Assembly (NCBI GenBank): GCA_001642005.1
Contig: LWCA01000091.1
Location: 1 to 56,301, forward strand
DNA from: Intoshia linei
Taxonomy: Eukaryota; Animalia; Orthonectida
Direction of reading: 5' to 3'
Length of the DNA: 56,301 nt
The stretch's first letter is position 1. Each line of letters starts with the position of its first letter. Below are positions 49,675 to 56,301 of the stretch, piece after piece. Under the pieces are notes generated by a model. The model did no database searches, was not told where the DNA came from, and was given only the letters and a program-made list of their open reading frames with translations. Position numbers and translations under genes: made by a program.

Positions 49675-52600
49675 ATGACCACTTTTAAAATAAACAATGA
49701 CCAAAAAAACAACGATTCTGTTTCAGTCAAATCATTTGGCGATAGAAATTTACGTCAAAATCAACCTCATTTATCTTCGGAAAATATTAAAGAAAAACAG
49801 GTATATTTTTAATTACAAATTAAATTAAATTAAAATTTTAAATACATTTTTTTTGAAATTGTAAGATCAATATTTACATTTTCAATTTTTATTTTAATCG
49901 AAATATTTGAAAAATATTGGTTAATAATATATTAAAAATTATTTTTCATCGGGAATGCGTAGATTTCTCGGGTTAAAGTTTTGTATTTATATCAACTGAA
50001 ATAAGCTCTATCAAAATAATCTCTTCTTTTAATTTTCGGACCGTTAATTATGTCATATTGTTTGTTTTAATAAAATATTTCGGAAAAAAATATATGAATA
50101 CTAAAATGCGTTTTTGACCATGAAGTCGTCACTTATTCGGATTGAAATTTTTTTATGTGTGTTAACAGGATACAACTGTACCATGTGTAAATTTTTTGAA
50201 ATTCTAGGGCTGTTTTCATTAAAAAAAAAAGGGTAATTTGGGGTTTTGGCCCTGAAGATATAATTTTTTTAAATTTAAATTTATGATAATGTTTATGATT
50301 TCAAAATCCGCATCAGCGTATATATTTTTTTAAATTGTCCAACCGGTTTGATTTTCAAAAAAAGGACAATTGGGGTTTTTAACCCGTAAGATGTGAGTTT
50401 GGGAGGTTGAAATTTATTATCACCCCGGAAAAAACTGCAATTGAAATGTGGACTTTATAAAATTCTAAGACTGGTAGTTATTGAAATAAAGTGGAACACA
50501 CACAAATACACGCACAAATAAATATTGCGTAAATATTATTAAGTAAGGATATTGTGATTATATTGTAAAAAAATAATTATTTTCCTTATTTCAACAAATT
50601 TTCCATAAAGAGTTAGGAGAAATTTATGAATAAAGTTTCAAAAATCATATTACTGCCTCTGGATACTCTAAGCAATGGCATCATGAGATATTTAACTGAT
50701 AATGTCGAATTAAAGTATCATTGTGGATGTGGACTATTTTGTCTTTATTGATAATAAGACTATGAAAATTTTAAGGGGATATATTAGCTTTCATAATGAA
50801 GAAGTCATATGACATTTCAGAACATAAATATTGGTCGTCTCGTTAACTTTTATACATCATTTGTTAAGGATGCCTATCAGGTAGCTATTCCCTTTTGACA
50901 ATACATTTGTAGTATTCGACAAACACTATTATCAAACCTAAATAATTTTAAAATGTAAAAAAAGGATACGTGTGGCGATATGCGAGTCATTCTACGAAAA
51001 ACCACAATCAAATTTGATTCAATTTTTAATTCGAAGTAATGGAAACATTTTCATTGAAAATTGTGCCTATTAATTTGTTTCGTAGTTTAAATCGGTGTTT
51101 CTCAGTTGTCCGTATGCTATGAATATGATATTTCTATCGAAAAAAAAAATATCTATTTTCCAACCGTTCAGAGCCACATTAATTTTAATCATCAATTCAG
51201 TTTCCAAAACGTTAATAGTATGTTAAAATTTTGACGTTTTTACCAGTCGGTAGGATATAAAAGGTTGAAATGGATTGTTTATGACAATTTTAATCCATTG
51301 ACTTGTATAAATTTTTTTTTGAAATATTAGGACAATTATTTTACTTTTTCATTTTTAATCCAACATTGGAAATATATTGGTTAATAAAATATTAACAGTT
51401 ATTTTTCATCGGTAATGTATAGACTTCTGGGGTTGACATTATGTATACTATTTATTTTATTTATATATTATCTGTATATCTCTATATAAACTCTATCAGA
51501 ATAATCTTTTTTTCTTTTTTTTTAATTTTTGGACCGTTAATTATTTCACATTTTTTGTTTTAATAAAAAAAATACTCGAGCAAAAAATATATAAATACTA
51601 AAGTGCTTTTTTGACCGTGAAGGCGGCACTTATTCAGATTGCAATTTTTTGTGAAATTTTTTGTCTTAAAAGGATACAATTGTACCATTATTTATGTTAA
51701 ACTCTTTTCATATAAAAAAAGGTAATGTGGCGTTTTGATCGTAAAAATTATCTTTTTTGATTTTCTATTTATAATAATGTTTATGATTTTAAAAAATATC
51801 CCAGAATTTATGTTTAAAAAACATTTAGGATGTTTCATTTATAAAACAAAGAGTAATTTGCGGTTTTGACCATGAATGTATGCGTTTTGGAGGCTGATAT
51901 TAACGAAAATGTTAATGCTTTTAAAACGCGTTTCAGAATGTATGTTTTATTAAATAATTGAATTGATTTTTGACCCTGAAGGACTAAAAATCTGAAACTG
52001 AAAAGTATATAAAAGCACGTCCTGGGAAAAGTCGTATTAGAAATTGGGTTTTTTTAAATTCTGCCACTGTCACCTTTTCCAATAAATGGTTACACACACA
52101 AACACACACTGACATTCATTTTTATACAAGTAAAGGATTATCAGTCATAGAATTTTAAAAACCAAATTTCTAATATAATTTTTTTGCAGCGATATTGATA
52201 TCTATATTACAGTTTCCGAGTTTGAATTCGTCAGGGTGAACAACCCAATTTGCCCCTTATTTTAAAAATAAAATCAGCCAAAAAAATTATTAAAACATAA
52301 ATTTTAGGACGCGTTTTAAAATAATTAACATTGTCGTATATGTTAGCCTCAGAAAAGGGCACCTTCATGGTCAAAACCACAAATGACCCTTTGTTTTAAA
52401 AATGAAACATGTCCTACAATTTTATAAAACCTAAATTCTGGGATAGTTATAAAGTATATATTAATAATGATATAATAGATAGTTATCATAAATGGAAACT
52501 CAAAAAAGATAATTTTCACGATCATATTCCCAGATTACCCTTTGTTTTAAAAATTAAAAGTCTTATAATTAAAAAAAAAGTACAGCTGATACAGTTGTAT

Positions 52601-55600
52601 CCAGTTAATTCACTCAATAAATTTCAATTTGACAAAGATATGGCTTCACGGTCAAAAAGGCACTTTAGTATTAATTTTTTTTATTTGTAAATTATTTTAT
52701 TAAAACAAAAAATTTAAAATAATTAATGGTCCTAAAATTATATAAAAGATTTTTTTGATGCAGCTTATTCCATTTGATATAAATAAAAAATTTGAACCCC
52801 AAAAATTTACGCATTTCCGATAAAAAATAACTTTTAATATTATCAACTACTATTTTTCAAATTTTTGGATTAAAATTAAAAATGTAAATATTCATCCTAC
52901 AATTTCAAAAAAAGGGGAATTGACTGTATAAACATTTGAAATAAAAAATGTGGGCTTCAATCTTATAAATTGATTATTTCGGTTTTTGTTTCATTGCTAC
53001 GATATTTTCATTTTTAATTTTCAAAAAGTTAAAAATAAATTGAAGTACAACTTTGTTATCATTTTTATGTTTATACGAAATATGTTTTTAAAGTCAAAGT
53101 TTGAGTTAACCGAAAATCAAAAATAGCCTTTTAAAAAATTTTTCGCTAATGATTATAAACAATATATCTGTAGCCACTTGTCCACGGCTCTGGAATTGTC
53201 AGCTTAAACCCGACACAAAATAGCTATGATATTTAAACATATATGTTTTCCAAGTGCTCAATTTGAAAAAATGTTGGTCCGTTTTACAAAAATGTCATCG
53301 AACGTCAATGATCATTGATCAATCATCATTCTATCGAAATTTTCCACTCAGTTACAAAAATAGTCATTTATTTTAGTTCAAATTAATTAAGTAGTATTCA
53401 TAAATTAGGAATCTTAATTAATAACAACTAAAATTTTAAAATAATGAAAAATTTAAATAAACTCTGATTAGGTTGGTGTACAATTAATTTAAATTTAAAT
53501 AACGCATATTGTAATAATATAAATTAAGTAAATATAAATTTTGTATATTCCTGTGAAAATTCAATGTTTATATCAACACTAATTAAATAGTCACAAGTCA
53601 ATTCATTTTACCAATAAATTAAATAAGTTTAATTAATTGATTGGAATAAATTGAATTTTTAAAATATACAGTATTTTATATATTTGAAAAAATAGTCCAA
53701 TTCCTATAATGAATTCGAATTATACTTTGAAATTTGCTCGTAGATGGTGTAAAAAGTCTAAATTTAAGCACTCCAAAGTGTCTAATGATGTATATTTTAA
53801 ATTTATATTATAATTTTTAAATATTCAGCAAAGATTAAAGGAAGAACGTGAATTGAAAAAATCTACGTTAGATGTTAGACATTATTTCATCTTGGAAATT
53901 GTGGCCAATGCAGTTAATATGGAACTTTCTGAAGTCGAGGATAGTATCGTTGAAGGCACGCAGGTACATATTTCTATAAGTCAATTTCCAAGTTTTTATA
54001 ATTTACAATTGTTAAAAAAACTAAAATACCCATTTTCTTTTATTAATTTATTAATTTATGTTTACAATAGATAATAACGATGAATCGATTTTTCGAAGAA
54101 AATGGGACTAATAAAATAATTTTTTTTTTCAGTGAACCAGAAAAATCTGATTTGATTGTTGGAGGTAATAAATTATTTAGATTAAAATTAAAATTATTAA
54201 ATTTAACTTTTTTAATTTTTAGACACATCAAAAATAAAACAAAATATTCGATATCGGAAAAAATTGTTCATTACTGATGGAGACACTCATCAATTGACGA
54301 ATTTGAGTTTGATTTTTCTAAGAATAGACACGTCGAAAGCAATAAACGACGCAAACATATCTAATGTAATTAATTACTGAATATGATTTCAAAATGATAT
54401 TTTTTTAAATTTTAAATTTTAGAATATTGTGTTTCATGTAATGTCTGGAGAAATAATCGAATCACGACAGAAAGTAATGAATGAAAGAAAAGTTTCCTTC
54501 TTTGTACCAGATAATTGTGCATTGACTGCTGAAGCCATTAACATGATATTTAAAAAAATTTATATACCATGTATTGTTAAAAGTACTGATGGTTGGGGTG
54601 ATATTAAAAAATCATTTATACCGGTAGATTTTATGACGATGCGTAGAAAATTTATTCATAGTCTTGAATCTTTTTCGTCTATATTGCTAGGTTATCATTT
54701 ATTATTACAATATTATTATTATGATTATATTACATGAGTTTTATAATTGGACATTCAATTTAAAAGTGAACTACTCAAACGTTTTTCGCCGTAGACACAA
54801 AAAAATAATAATCTGTGAAATACACTAAATATATTTGATTGTATTAGATTTGTAATACCTATATTATATGTCAGGGGTCGGCAACCTTTTTGCATCTCGT
54901 AGGACAATTTTTTTTTTATCAAAAAATTATACGGGTCCCGTTTTTGAAAATTTACACATAATAAATTTTAATTTTAACTAAAGAAAAACGGTTCTAGTAT
55001 ATTCAACAAAATAATATCCAGGACGATCTGAAAATATTTATAGCTAAAATGATTATAAATGGCCAATTATGGTAGAAAAGTGTTTAAAAGTTTAAAAGTT
55101 TAAAAGTTGAAAAATTTAAAAATAATTTATGAACATATTTACTCAAAGGTCCACCAAAAGTATTCTGTGGGCCACTGGTTGCCGACGCCTGTTATAAGCC
55201 TTATACAATGTTAATAATAATATATAACATTGAAATACATACAAGGCCGTGGAGAGCCAATAGTAGGCCACTATAAAAATTTTTTAAAAAATGGGACCTC
55301 TATACATTGATTAAGCGATCGTTCATGATCTAACAATTAAAAATAACCGTAGGAAATCCCAATGGTTGTCGAAATTTTGGTATACTTAAGAAATCCAACA
55401 TTACCTATTAAAACTATCTGTGAGCTAACATTTGCAATTTTTAGCATTTTTATGTTTTGCAACTACTGCATATAAAGTATATAACACGCATAGTGTTAAT
55501 ACATTAAAAAAGTAGACCTCATGATTGTACCCACAGGCAATAAGGCCCCTAGCCCCTCTTCACGGCCCTGAATACATATACTTTTTATTATCTGTGCGTC

Positions 55601-56011
55601 CAATATTTATTAAACTTTTGTTAACATTTTTAAATATTAGCGTATTTTTGTAATATTATATATTTAGAAGTCAAGGAATCTGTGGATAAAAATGTATCAC
55701 TAAATATGGATGTTTATCCAGAATTTTTACAAGGAATACAAAGCGCTTCTGATATTATCAAGATATCTAAAAATATAGAACAATTTGCGAGTTGCGAAGA
55801 ATGCGGAATACATTGGTTGAAACAAATTGAACAAGTTTTAGTTGAAAGTGAACAAATGAGACGTGAAGCCGATAATATTGGTCCAAAAGCTGAATTAGAA
55901 TATTGGAAAAAACGTACAGCCAAATTTAATTCATTGCTCGATCAAATTAAATTAAAGAGATGTCGTAATATTCAAATGATACTCAAAATTGGAAATTCTA
56001 AACATATTGCG
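49675..56011 (+). CDS. Axonemal outer-arm dynein heavy chain (DNAH5/DNAH8-like), 5' exons 49675-49800, 53829-53963, 54071-54164, 54223-54365, 54423-54690, 55668-56011; continues beyond the window
   Basis: LDVRHYFILEIVA...EVEDSIVEGTQI, KLFITDG..LT..IFLRIDTSKAI and WLKQIEQVLVESEQMRREADNIGPKAELEYWKKRTAKFNSLLDQ match the DNAH5/8 N-terminus and DHC_N1 domain. Intron phases are consistent. Confidence 0.9.
49840..50549 (-). mobile_element. Helitron A 5' part
   Basis: Ends AAGTAAGGA|t and is an inverted copy of the element starting at 48223. Confidence 0.82.
51310..52137 (-). mobile_element. Helitron B 5' part
   Basis: GACATTCATTTTTATACAAGTAAAGGA|t is the reverse complement of the subfamily B 5' end. 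Confidence 0.82.
52150..53090 (+). mobile_element. Helitron B internal fragment, head-to-head with the previous copy
   Basis: Colinear with 16070-17350 apart from the foldback insert. Confidence 0.78.
54872..55191. mobile_element. hAT (Charlie-like) MITE in dynein intron
   Basis: CAGGGGTCGGCAACC ... GGTTGCCGACGCCTG, with TSD ttatatgt / ttataagc. Confidence 0.8.
55242..55570. mobile_element. hAT MITE with perfect 8-bp TSD
   Basis: aatacata|CAAGGCCGTGGAGAG ... CTCTTCACGGCCCTG|aatacata. Confidence 0.87.
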
Positions 56012-56301
56012 GTAAAATTATCATACTATAGACAGAGCCGATAATCGTCTTAAGCCACTTCGGGCACTGTTGGTTGGAAACTTAAAGTCTTATTTTACTA
56101 AGTATTAATAAAAGCATTAAAAGATATTATGTAGGTTTCTAGTAACTTTTATTTCTTTTACAAAAACCTACTTACATTAATTAATGAACAAAGTTTATTT
56201 TTTCATTTGGATACTTTCTTTTTTGAATATTTACTTATCAGAAAGGCTGTAATCCTCATTTGAAATAGTTTTTTTGTCAATATTATTTTTAATTCTGTAT
56301 T

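Noticed and set aside
50625-50960. Coding-like stretch in dynein intron 1, possibly a retro-integrase remnant
   Set aside because: Multiple stops and no motif I could identify confidently.

Overview
A very AT-rich, intron-containing eukaryotic (metazoan-like) window, annotated by eye. The mix of ~37-42-nt micro-introns and divergent metazoan proteins recalls compact parasite genomes such as orthonectids; this is inference only. The first 14.6 kb is an ultra-compact housekeeping cluster: Fcf2/DNTTIP2-like (+), MRPL12 (+), RRP1/Nop52 (-), MRPL45 (+) and NSF (+), with gaps as small as 20-36 nt. A Ty3/Gypsy gag start runs off the left edge. The rest holds a divergent KIF26/vab-8-type kinesin (+), an intronless mtTFB/TFB2M-like gene (-) probably nested in the kinesin's 13.8-kb first intron, and the 5' exons of a DNAH5/8-type axonemal dynein heavy chain. 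Non-coding space is dominated by a two-subfamily non-autonomous Helitron (about a dozen copies or fragments, roughly a fifth of the window by estimate), plus hAT, pogo/Tigger, foldback and P-like elements, often nested. The most notable unexplained signals are: (1) an 11-nt motif ATTATCGNNCA just upstream of the start codons of four ribosome-biogenesis/mitochondrial-expression genes; (2) gene packing too tight for conventional promoters and terminators; (3) apparent Helitron 3' read-through capturing ~200 bp.
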